Below, piece after piece: positions 1 to 10,638 of a stretch of 64,000 bases of DNA (positions are counted from its first letter, which is position 1; each line of letters starts with the position of its first letter). Made by a program: the position numbers and the translations under genes. Below the pieces are notes generated by a model. The model did not search any database. It saw only the letters and a list, made by a program, of their open reading frames with translations, and had not been told where the DNA came from. The stretch comes from Squalus acanthias (Eukaryota). Location: assembly GCA_030390025.1 (NCBI GenBank), contig CM059431.1, positions 139,750,001-139,814,000 of the forward strand, read 5' to 3'.

Positions 1-57
1 TACAGCTTCCCTCTGTGCCTCTCTTGGCATCCTCCGAATCTCCCACCGTGGCACTCG

Positions 58-870
58 TTGCTGCCTCCTCACGAGCAGCAACCCCAACTGTATTATGCGA
101 CTCTCTCGTCGACCTTCTGCCCAGCCAGCCCGCTGGGGGCTAATCTTCTCAATCTCCTTCCCGTCCAACTCACCCCTCCCAGCGCAGACCGTGTGGACAC
201 TGGCAGTGGGTTAGCCATCACCGAACCTCTCCCCATCTCCCTCCAGAATGTCCATTCAGCTGCGAACAAGGTCCTTGCCATCCATGAGCTTATCGTGGAT
301 GACTGCATCGACATCATGGCCCTGATGAAAACTTGGCTGAGGGGTGATGACGCGTTACCCTTAAATGAAGCCTCCCCGTGTGACTATATCTTCCACCACT
401 TGCCCCGCCCAGACACCATGGGCAGTCTCATCACCCACTCACACCTTGGTCTTTCCCCCTACTCCTCCGCCACTTTCTCCTCCTTTGAGCATCTCACCTT
501 ATTCCACAACTCTCACCTCATTTTAAATTCTCATTCTCTCCCGCCCACCCAAATTCCATTATAAATTTATCACCCTCTGCACCTGCACCGAGCGACTTCT
601 CATCCTCGGTGATTTCAACCTCCATTTCAATTCATCATGGTCTCTGTCCTCTTGAATGGATATGGCGGACAACTGGTTTAGCCATTCGCCGCCAGATCTG
701 GCTGCACAACATAAAGCATTATCGGGTCCTGCTGTCGTCTGCCAAAATTGCTCACTATTCCAGAACCTGGAATGCAAAGCTAAAAACCGGCTTCTCTTCT
801 CCACTGCTAACCATCTTCTTAAACCCGTATCCCCGGTCTCCTCCACCCTCACCTCCTTCGCTTCAACCAC
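58..870 (+). mobile_element. Degraded L2-clade LINE ORF2 5' part (APE endonuclease)
   Basis: ORF 58-564 has APE motifs (LQNVHS...ALMKTWL...HHLPRP); the DNA at ~597-626 reads LILGDFNLHF; downstream RLLFSTANHLLKP is typical of L2 ORF2; frameshifted. Confidence 0.75.
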
Positions 871-1289
871 TCCCTGTTACAGCGAGTTCCACATTCTCAC
901 CACTCTCTGGCTAAACATGTTTCTTCTGAATTCCTATTTGATTTCTTGGTGACTATCTTATAGCTTGCTCATCCACCGCATTGATACAGCCAAACAACGA
1001 AACCCCACTGAACCAGCACCTTCCCGCCTGCCCACCGACTTAGCCCCGCCCCCGGCCGACCCAGCCCTGCCGCCCCGCAGCCCCTCTGCCCCAGCCCCGC
1101 CGACCTAGCCCCGCAGCCCCTCCGACCCAGCCCCGCAGTCCCAGCTATTTGTGCTGTAAATTAATTGCAGGGTCCAGGGACTGATTCCGAATGACATGGC
1201 GTGCAGCAAAGATCCTGGCTGGATACGATAGCCAAATACCCGACCTATCGGGTTGATGAGGCAAGATTACAGGTCTCCATAATAGCAGC

Positions 1290-2030
1290 TTTCATTTATA
1301 TACCTTCTTTAATATAATAAGGCGTTCCAAGGCACTTTGCAGAAGCGTTATCAAACAAAAATTGACACCGAGCCACATATTAGGACAGGGGACAAAAGCT
1401 TGGTCAAAGAGGTAGGTTTTAAGGAGCATCTTAAAGCAGAGAGGGGGAATTCCAGACTCTAGGGCAGTAGAAGGCATGGCAGCCAATGGTGGAGTGATTA
1501 AAATCGGGGGTGTGCAAGAGGCCAGAATTGGAGGATCGCAGAGATCTTGAGGGTTTAGGGTTGGAGGAGGTGACAGAGATAGTGAGTGGTGAGGCCATGG
1601 AAGGATTTGAAAACAAGGATGAGAATTTTTAAACCGGGGTGTTGCCGGATCGGGAGCCAATGTAGGTCATAAAGCAAATGGGTGATGGGTGGACGGGACT
1701 TGGTGCGAGTTTGGGCTGTGTTCAAGCTTATGGAGGGTGTGAGATGGGAGACCGACCAGCAGTGCTTTGGAATAGTCTTGTCTAGAGATAACGAAGGCAG
1801 GGAAGTGGGTTTCAGCAACAGATGAGCTGAGGCGGGGTGGAGACGGCAATGTTACGCAGGTGGAGGAAGAGGGTTTTGGTGATGGAGTGGATATGCGGTC
1901 GGATGCTGATCATAGGGTCTAATATGACAGCAAGTTTGCGAAAGGTCTGATTCAGCCTCAGACAGTGGGCAGGGAGAGGGATGGAGTCGATGCCTCGGGA
2001 ACACAGTTCGTGGCGGGGACCGAAGACAAG
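1290..2030 (-). mobile_element. L2-clade LINE 3' fragment
   Basis: Minus-strand frames give HITPLLxDLHWLP-like (ITHLLYDLHWLPIRQ), KILILVFKS, LRSSNSGLL and FKMLLKTYLFDQAF; same family as 22215-22625 and 63225-63920. Confidence 0.85.
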
Positions 2031-2379
2031 GGCTAATGTTACCCGTCTACCTGTCCCACAGGTGCTGCTCACCCGAGAATCCCTCCCACTGACACGGCTT
2101 GTTGATGCTTTTCATGCATCTCCACACATCAGCAGGGTGCACGGTCAAGGAAACACTTACTTTGGAAAGCCTGGTCGCAGTCAGATGCCGAGGGGTGCTC
2201 CGGGGATCAGACTGGGAGGCAGGGGCCCGATGGGCTGTGCGAGGGGGCGGGGAAGGACAGGAACTTATTGCAGTCTTACCCTGAATATAACGGACATTGT
2301 AGCTGGGAGGAAACATACATCACTTATAATATCAAAACGAACTTCTAATCTTATTACAAAATAGCTAAATACAGGAAAT

Positions 2380-2580
2380 CTGTAATAAAGTCAGAAAATG
2401 CTGGAAACACTCAGCGGGTCAGGCAGGGTCTGTGGGGAGGGGACGGTGGGATTAACGGTTCAGGTCAATGACCTTTCCTGAAAACGGGTTCAGGATCTGA
2501 AACATTAACCCCACCTTCCTCTCCCCACAATCGCTGCCTGACCCGCTGAGTGTTTCCAGCATTTTCAGCTTTTATTTCTA
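2380..2580. mobile_element. Penelope-derived palindromic (inverted dimer) remnant
   Basis: Arms aaaatgctggaaacactcagcgggtcaggcag / ctgcctgacccgctgagtgtttccagcatttt are exact reverse complements; homologous to the repeat at 9938-10070; hammerhead cores degenerate. Confidence 0.7.
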
Positions 2581-3152
2581 ATAATATTACTCATCCCCAT
2601 TTCAGACTATATTCTGTGCTTTACTTGGTTTGGGTTCTCACCATTTCAGAATACACTGGGAATCTGATGCTCGCTGTGTCTCTGACGTTGATTTTGGAAG
2701 CACATTCCCTGCTTGCTTTGACCGGTGTTGTTCTACTTCTGTATTGTGTGTGTCTGTGACCAATGAAACAGGAGGCAAACACTCACCCGGCGTTTAATGT
2801 CTTTCACCGTCCCCAGTACTAACACTGGGGATATCCAAAGGTAATGAAACTGTGCTCAGCATTCACTATCTGACAATACTCTGTACCCGCTGGTCACAGG
2901 CCGTGCTGATCTGTGAGGTTTGTCTCTGCATTGAGTATAATTAGTTTCTCTGTTCAATCTTTCCCCTTGATTTCTCACCAGATCTGAGTTATTTTAACAC
3001 TGAGATCTGATGGTGTCGGTGTGAGTTCAGCCCCAGCTAATAAACATACATGTGTCCATCTGCTGGATTCTGCCCCAGACGGGAGTCACCCCTTAGATCA
3101 AATTCCTTTACTCTAAAATACACACAAGATTCGCTGTGACTGTGTGTTTAGA

Positions 3153-3300
3153 GTAGCCATGATGTGGAGGTGCCGGTGTTGGACTGGGGTGGACAAATGT
3201 GAGAAGTCACACAACACCAGGTTATAGTCCAACAGCTTTATTTGAAATCACAAGCTTTCGGAGCGCTGCTCCTTCGTCAGGTGTTGTGCGACTTCTCACA
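3153..3300 (-). mobile_element. Short Penelope-like insertion with a minimal hammerhead motif and inverted tail
   Basis: Minus strand cacCTGACGAaggagcagcgctccGAAAgcttgtg (3249-3283); internal inverted repeat tgtgagaagtcacacaacacc / ggtgttgtgcgacttctcaca; flanked by a 12-bp direct repeat tgtgtgtttaga (3141-3152) / tgtgtatttaga (3301-3312). Confidence 0.75.
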
Positions 3301-3439
3301 TGTGTATTTAGAAACAGAAACTGATCTCACTTCATATCCCATTGCACGGCCTCATGCTGGATAATTGTGCACAGTGGTCAGACTCTCCCAGTCTCATTCT
3401 CACCATTTCCTGCCTTACCCTGTAACCATTGTGTACTGT

Positions 3440-3850
3440 CTCCAGGACCAGTGTGTATCTGAGTCAATGGGACTCTCTCTGACCTTTCTCCCCAGTCCAT
3501 CGCCAGGACCAGTGTGTATCTGAGTCAATGGGACTCTCTCTGACCTTACTCCCCAGTCAATCTCCAGGACCAGTGTGTATCTGAGTCAATGGGACTCTCT
3601 CTGACCTTACTCTCCAGTCCATCTCCAGGACCAGTGTGTATCTGAGTCAATGGGACTCTCTCTGACATTTCTCCCAGTCCATCTCCAGGACCAGTGTGTA
3701 TCTGAGTCAATGGGACTCTCTCTGACCTTTCTCCCCAGTACATCTCCAGGACCAGTGTGTATCTGAGTCAATGGGACTCTCTCTGACCTTTCTCTCCAGG
3801 ACCAGTGTGTATCTGTGTCAATGGGACTCTCTCTGACCTTTCTCCCCAGT
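3440..3850. repeat. Minisatellite, ~60-61 bp unit, ~7 copies
   Basis: Repeated ccaggaccagtgtgtatctgagtcaatgggactctctctgacctttctccccagtccatct. Confidence 0.95.
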
Positions 3851-4231
3851 CGATCTCTGGGAGCTCTTTGAATCGGAAGGGTTCTCTCTGGTTGGTGTTC
3901 TCACAATCCTGTGCTGGTTCACCTGCTGTTGTTCCTCGGTCTACAATCCATGTTTACGCCAGCTGTGGACCTTCCTCAATCACTCCGTCATTCCCCGGGA
4001 GATCTAATTATGGCAGAGCAGAAAATGAGAATAATATTGATGTTGTGAAGTGGAATGTAGTGTACAATTTTCCTCCAACGTTTCAGATAAGTAAAAGTTC
4101 AGGGCCGAGTATTTCTGTTTGATTTTCTCCATTTCCTCAGATCCTCGTCCCGCCCACCTGGGCTTCTGGAAAATCACCAGAATTCTGGATGGAAATGTAC
4201 AATGTCACCGTGCTTTAGAGAAACCGGCGCT

Positions 4232-5147
4232 ATCTGATCTCACTGGGCCCATCCTCCCCGGGATACACACTGCCTGATCTCACTGGGCCCATCCTCCCCG
4301 GGTTACACACTGCCTGATCACACTGGGCCCATCCTCCCCGGGTTACACACTATGTGATCTCACTGGGCCCATCCTCCCCGGGTTACACACTGTCTGATCT
4401 CACTGGGCCCATCCTCCCCGGGTTACACACTGCCTGATCACACTGGGCCCATCCTCCCCGGGTTACACACTATCTGATCTCACTGGGCCCATCCTCCCCG
4501 GGATTCACACTGTCTGATCTCACTGGGCCCATCCTCCCCGGGATTCACACTGTCTGATCTCACTGGGCCCCATCCTCCCCGGGTTACACACTGCCTGATC
4601 ACACTGGGCCCATCCTCCCCGGGTTACACATTATCTGATCTCACTGGGCCCATCCTCCCCTGGTTACACACTGCCTGATCTCACTGGGCCCATCCTCCCC
4701 TGGTTACACACTGTCTGATCATACTGGGCCCATCCACCCCGGGTTACACACTGTCTGATCTCACTGGGCCCATCCTCCCCGGGTTACACACTGCCTGATC
4801 ACACTGGGCCCATCCTCCCCGGGTTACACACTATCTGATCTCACTGGGCCCATCCTCCCCGGGATTCACACTGTCTGATCTCACTGGGCCCATCCTTCCC
4901 GGGATTCACACTGTCTGATCTCACTGGGCCCATCCTCCCCGGGTTACACACTGTCTGATCTCACTGGGCCCATCCTCCCCGGGTTACACACTGTCTGATC
5001 TCACTGGGCCCATCCTCCCCGGGTTACACACTGTCTGATCTCTCTGGGCCCATCCTCCCCGGGTTACACACTGTCTGATCTCACTGGGCCCATCCTCCCC
5101 GGGTTACACACTGTCTGATCTCACTGGGCCCATCCTCCCCGGGTTAC
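4232..5147. repeat. Minisatellite, 40 bp unit, ~23 copies
   Basis: Repeated ctgatctcactgggcccatcctccccgggttacacactgt with 40-nt period. Confidence 0.97.
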
Positions 5148-5149
5148 AG

Positions 5150-6760
5150 AATAATAGAAACTTACAGCACAGAAGGCGGGCATTCGGCCTATCTTGTCCG
5201 TGCTGGCCGACAAAGAGCTATCGACGACGCTTGCGTCTGCGCTCACTCGGAGGTCGAACTCCAAACCGTCATCAACACCTTCACCGAAGCATACGAGAGC
5301 ATGGGCCTTACACTAAACATCCGTAAGACAAAGGTCCTCTACCAACCCGCCCCCACCACACAGTACCGCCCCCTGATTATCAAAATCCACGAAAAGGCCT
5401 TGGACAACGTGGACCGCTTTCCATACCTCGGGAGCCTACTGTCAACAAGGGCAGACGTCGACAAAGAAGTCCTACAGCGCCTTCAGTGTGCCAGTGCAGC
5501 CTTTGGTCGTGTGAGGAAGAGAGTGTTTGAAGACCAGGATGTCAAACCCGGCACTAAGCTCATGGTCTACAGAGCAGCAGTGATACCTGCCCTGCTGTAT
5601 GCCTCAGAGACATGGACCATGTACAGCAGGCACCTCCATGCACTGGAGAGGTACCACCAACGCTGCCTCCGCAAGATCCTGCAAATCCATTGGCAGGATA
5701 GGCGCACCAACGTCAGTGTCCTTGCTCAGGCCAACACCCCAGCATCGAAGCTTTGACCATGCTCGATCAGCTCCGATGGACGGGTCACATTGTCCGCATG
5801 CCCGATACGAGACTCCCAAAACAAGCGCTCTACTCGGAGCTCCGACACGGCAAGACAGTCCCAAGTGGACAGAGGAAACGCTTCAAGGACACCCTCAAAG
5901 CCTCCTTGAAAAAGTGTAACATCCCCACCGACACCTGGGAATCCCTGGCCCAAGACCGCACAAAGTGGAGGAGAAGCATCCAGGAAGGCGCCGAACAGCT
6001 CGAGTCTCTTCGCCGGGAACAAGCGGAAGCCAAGCGCAGGCAGTGCAAGGAGCGCACCACCCGCCCCTTCAACCACCGTCTGCCCCACCTGTGACAGAGA
6101 CTGTAGGTCCCGCATTGGACTCATCAGTCACCGGAGAACTCATTTTTGATGTAGAAGCAAGTCATCCTCGGTTCCGAGGGACTGCCTAAGAAGATGATCA
6201 TCCACCCTAATCCTACTTTCCAGCACTTGGTCCGTAGCCTTGTAGGTTACGGCACTTCAAGTGCATATCCAAGTACTTTTTAACTGTGATGAGGGTCTCT
6301 GCCTCTTCCACCCTTTCAGGCAGTGAGTTCCAGACCTCCACCACCCTCTGGGTGAAAAACATTCTCCTCAAATCCCCTCTAATTCTTCGACCAACCGCTT
6401 TAAATCTATGCCCCCTGGTTATTGACCCTTCTGCTAAGGGAAATAGGTCTTTCCTATCCACTCTATCTAGGCCCCTCATAATTTTATACACCTCAATTAG
6501 GTCTCTCCTCAGCCTCCTCTGTTCCAAAGAAAATAACCCCAGCCTATCCAATCTTCCACATAGCTAAAATTCCCCAGCCCAGGGAAAATCCTCGTAAATC
6601 TCCTTTGCACCCCCTCTAGTGCAATCACATCCTTCCTGTAATATGGTGACCAGAACTGCACGCAGTATTCTAGCTGCGGCCTAACTCGTGTTTTATACAG
6701 TTCAAGCATAACCTTCCTGCTCTTGAATTCTATGCCTCGGCTAATAAAGACCTTTCGCCC
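5150..6760 (-). mobile_element. CR1 LINE 3' fragment, interrupted by an RTE insertion
   Basis: ORFs 6509-6871 and 6213-6551 (RPQLEYCVQFWSP, LGLFSLEQRRLRRDLIEVYK, FFTQRVVEVWNSLP); the 3' UTR continues on the other side of the RTE at 5150-5222. Confidence 0.9.
5222..6197 (+). mobile_element. RTE-clade LINE, 5'-truncated
   Basis: RT C-terminal motifs (GLTLNIRKTKV, FPYLGS, LLYASETW, LRWTGHIVRMPDTRLPKQALY, GQRKRFKDTLK), C-terminal CPTC...GLISH finger and (aag)n-type tail; 1-bp frameshift near 5735. Confidence 0.92.
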
Positions 6761-6769
6761 CGGTCCATC

Positions 6770-6930
6770 CACTAGAGGGTGCACAGGAGATGTAATTTTT
6801 TTCACCCAGAGGGTGGTGGGGGTCTGGAACTCACTGCCTGAAAGGGTGGTAGAGGTAGAGAACCCCAGCACATTTAAAAAGTACTTGGGTGTACACTTGA
6901 AGAGCCATAACGTACAGGGCTACGGACCAA
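6770..6930 (+). mobile_element. Short CR1 3' fragment inverted relative to 6213-6420
   Basis: FFTQRVVGVWNSLPERVVE on the plus strand, reverse complement of the neighbouring CR1. Confidence 0.8.
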
Positions 6931-6931
6931 G

Positions 6932-9245
6932 AGTCTGCAGGACGAGTTCATGGAATGCATTTGGGACAGTTTCCTAGAATAATATGTCATGGAACCAACC
7001 AGGGAACAGGGAATTTTAGATCTTATACAGTGTAATACATAGATACATAGAAGATAGGAGCAGGAGTAGGCCATCCGGCCCTTCGAGCCTGCTCCGCCAT
7101 TTAATGAGATCATGGCTGATCCTCCAATTCAGTATCCCGTCCCCGCCTAATGAGACAGGGTTAATTAGCAATCTCATAGTAAAGGATCCTCTGGGGCAGA
7201 GTGATCATAACATGATAGAATTTCACATTCATTTTGAGAGTGACTTGCCTAAGTCCGAAACCAGAGTCTCAAACTTAAATAAAGCCAATTTCATAGGTAT
7301 GAGGGGCAAGTTCGCCAAGGTAGATTGGAAAAATAGATTAAAAGGTGCGGTGGTAGATAAGCAGTGGCTAGCATTTAAAGAAATATTTCATAATTCTCAA
7401 CAAAAATACATTCCATTGAGAAACAAAAACTCCACGGGAAAAGTGATCCAACCGTGGCTAACTAAAGAAGTTATGGATAGCATTAGATTGAAAGATGATG
7501 ATTATAATGTTGCAAATAATAATATTAAGTTTGAGGATTGGGAGAGTTTCAGAAACCAGCAAAGGTTAACCAAAAAATTGAAAAAAAACGTGAAAAAATG
7601 GAATGAGAGAAAACTAGCAAGAAATATAAAAGCAGATTGTAAGAGCTTCTACAATATGTAAAAAGGAAGAGAGTAGCAAAAGTTAATGTTGGTCCCTTAG
7701 AGGCTGAGACAGGAGAAATTATTAACGTAATTCATATAAGTAGAGAAAAAGTACTAGAGAAACTAATGGGACTAAAAGCCAACAAATCCCCTGGACCCGA
7801 CAGCCTACATCCTAGGGTTCTAAAAGAAGTGTCTGAAGAGATAGTGGATGCTTGGTTTTGATCTTCCAAAATTCCCTAGATTCTGGAATGGTCCCAGCAG
7901 ATTGGAAGGTTGCAAATGTAACACCGCTATTCAAGAAAGGAGCGAGAGAAAAACCAGGGAACTACAGGCCAGTTAGCCTGACATCAGTCGTCGGGAAAAT
8001 GCTGGAATCCATTGTTAAGAAAGTGGTATCAGGGCACTTAGAAAAATCATAACATGATTAGGCAGAGTCAACATGGTTTTATGAAAGGGAAATCATGTTT
8101 GACAAATTTATTAGAGTTTTTTGAGAATATAACTAGCAGGGTAGATAATGGGGAACCAGTGGATGTAGTATATTTGGATTTCCAAAAGGCAATCGATAAG
8201 GTGCCACATAAAAAGGTTATTACACAAGATTAGGGCTCATGGGGTTGGGGGTAATATAGTAGCATGGATAGAGGAATGGTTAATGGACAGAAAACAGAGA
8301 GTAGGGATAAACGGATCTTTTTCAGGTTGGCAGGCTATAGCTAGTGGGGTGCTGCAAGGATCAGTGTTGGGGCCTCAGCTATTTACAATCTATATTAATG
8401 ACCAAAATGAAGGGACCAAGTGTAATGTATCCAGGTTTGCTGACAATACAAAGCTAGGTGGGACAGTAAGCTGCAAGCAGAACACAGAGTCTGCAAAGGG
8501 ACATAGATAGACCAAGTGAGTGGGCAGTAAGGTGGCAGATGGAGTATAATGTAGGGAAATGTGAGGTTATTCACTTTGGTAGGAAGAATAGAAAAGCAGA
8601 ATATTTTAAAAATGATGAAAAACTTTTAAATGTTGGTGTTGAGAGAGATTTGGATGTCCTCGTGCAAGAAACACAGAAAGCTAGCATACAGGGACAGCAA
8701 GCAATAAATAAGGCAATGGCATGTTGGCCTTTATTGCAAGGGTGTTGGAGTATAAGAGTGAGGAAGTCTTGCTCCAATTGTACAGGGCCTTGGTGAGACC
8801 ACACCTGGAGAACTGTGCCCAGTTTTGGTCTCCTTATCTAAGGAAGGATATACTTGCCTTGAAGGTGGTGCAACAAAGGTTCACTAGATTGATTCCTGGG
8901 ATGAGAGGGCTGTCCTATGATGAGAGATTATGTAGAATGGGCCGATACTCTCTGGAGTTTAGAAGAATGAGAGGTGATCTCATTGAAACATACAGGATTC
9001 TGAAGGGGATTGACAGGGTCGATGCTGAGAGGTTGTTTCCCCCTGGCTGGAGTGTCCAGAACTCGGGGGCAGAGTCTCAGGATAAGGAGTCGGCCATTTC
9101 AGACGGAGATAAGGAGGAATTTCTTCACTCAGAGGGCTGCGAATATGTGGAATTCTCTGCCCGAGGGCTGTGAATCTGTGGAACTCTCTGCCCCAGGGGG
9201 CTGTGAGTGCTGAGTCTCTGATTATATTCAAGGCTGAGATAGATG
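6932..9245 (+). mobile_element. CR1 LINE ORF2 (end of APE to RT and 3' end), degraded, with an antisense CR1 tail inserted at ~7036-7130
   Basis: SDHNMIEF, WKVANVTPLFKKG...PGNYRPVSLTS, QGSVLGPQLF, FADNTKLGG, RPHLENCAQFWSP; several frameshifts and an internal deletion near 7725. Confidence 0.92.
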
Positions 9246-9630
9246 GATTGTTTGATCTGATTGAATGTTGGAGCAGGCTCGGGGCCGGTCACCCACTCCT
9301 GCTCCTGGTGTTCTGAGAGAGATGGATTGTTTGATCTGATTGAATGGTGGAGCAGGCTCGGGGCCGGGTCACCCACTCCTGCTCCTGATGTTGTTAGAGA
9401 GATGGATTGTTTGATCTGATTGAATGGTGGAGCAGGCTCGGGGCCGGGTCACCCACTCCTGCTCCTGATGTTGTGAGAGAGATGGATTGTTTGATCTAAT
9501 TGAATGGTGGAGCAGGCTCGGGGCCGGGTCACCCACTCCTGCTCCTGATGTTGTGAGGGAGATGGATTGTTTGATCTGATTGAATGGTGGAGCAGGCTCG
9601 GGGCCGGGTCACCCACTCCTGTTTCTGATG
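9236..9630. repeat. Tandem amplification (~80 bp x5) of a CR1 3' UTR-derived unit
   Basis: Unit gatggattgtttgatctgattgaatggtggagcaggctcggggccgggtcacccactcctgctcct... resembles the CR1 tail seen reverse-complemented at 7055-7120 and directly follows the CR1 body. Confidence 0.9.
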
Positions 9631-9940
9631 TTCTGAAGGAGCTGGAAAGTGGGCCTGGGGAGGATCGCTCTCTGTCGGCCGGCCGGCGGGGACAAGACTC
9701 CTTCTGTGCTGTAAATGTCTCTGATTCTCTGATCCCCAAACTCACCCGCACCATCGCCGCCCGCCCAGTCTGTGATACGGCTCCATCCGCCACTCCTCAG
9801 TCTGGTTCCCAGCCTCTCCCCGGTAACTCGGACCGTTTCTCCCTCAAGGAATTTTACTTCCTCCGGGTACAAGACTGGGGTGGGGTCAGTACCGAGCATG
9901 CGCACTGCGGCCACAGTGTCCACAAGAGCAATAAATAACG

Positions 9941-10335
9941 ATAGCAAAATACTGCGGATGCTGGAAATCCGAAATAACAACAGAAAACGCTGGAAAAACT
10001 CAGCAGGCCAGGCAGCATCCGTGGAGAGAGAAAGAGAGTTAACGTTTCAGGTCGATGACCTTTCATCAGAACTGGGAAGAGCCGGAAATCAAATAGATTT
10101 AAGGCCAGGGTAAAGAGCCAAACGGAAATCCCGTCGAAGAGAAGAGCAGAACTTCTTCAAGGTAGGCATTCCAAGAAGAGAGGTGGCAGTGAACCAAACA
10201 CTAATACGATAGCAAAATACTGCGGATGCAGGAAATCCGAAATAACAACAGAAAACGCTGGAAAAACTCAGCAGGCCAGGCAGCATCCGTGGAGAGAGAA
10301 AGAGAGTTAACGTTTCAGGTCGATGACCTTTCATC
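9941..10335 (-). mobile_element. Young non-autonomous Penelope-like insertion with two tandem terminal repeats
   Basis: Perfect 16-bp direct repeat agagcaataaataacg at 9925-9940 and 10336-10351; two ~133-bp copies (9938-10070, 10206-10338) differing at one visible base; spacer reads MPTLKKFCSSLRRDFRLAL on the minus strand, possibly an ORF start. Confidence 0.85.
10037..10073 (-). ncRNA. Minimal type I hammerhead ribozyme motif (second copy at 10305-10341)
   Basis: Minus strand agtt-CTGATGA-a-aggtc-atc-gacct-GAAAC-GTT^aact: stem I agtt/aact, stem II aggtc/gacct, palindromic stem III ACGT, NUH site GUU. Confidence 0.7.
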
Positions 10336-10638
10336 AGAGCAATAAATAACGTCGATCACTGAGCTCGTCTCTTCTATTGGGTGCGACTCATAGATTGACT
10401 GCCGCATACAACCAATGGGAGCCCGGACCGCCACAGGGCCCCGCCCAGTGTGCTGAAGGGCCGCTGTCGGGCCGGAGTCACGTGTCTCCTGACATGTCCT
10501 CCCGCGCGGCCGTTCAACCGCCTCAGCGCGAGCGCGGGAGCGCGCGGATGACGTCATAGCTTCTCCCACAGCGGCTGCCGTTCCTGAGGGTGGGGGCCAC
10601 TCCCAATGCGCCTGCACCAGACTCACTCTTAAGGAATA

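Larger units (their letters stand above)
9640..10620. promoter_or_regulatory. CpG-island, probably bidirectional promoter
   Basis: CpG-rich; CCAAT/ATTGG boxes (~10376, ~10412, ~10603), E-box gtCACGTG (~10477-10484), perfect CRE TGACGTCA (10549-10556), NRF1-like gagcatgcgca (~9894-9904), ETS-like acttcc (~9856), minus-strand donor CGG|GTGAGT at 9746/9745. Confidence 0.65.
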
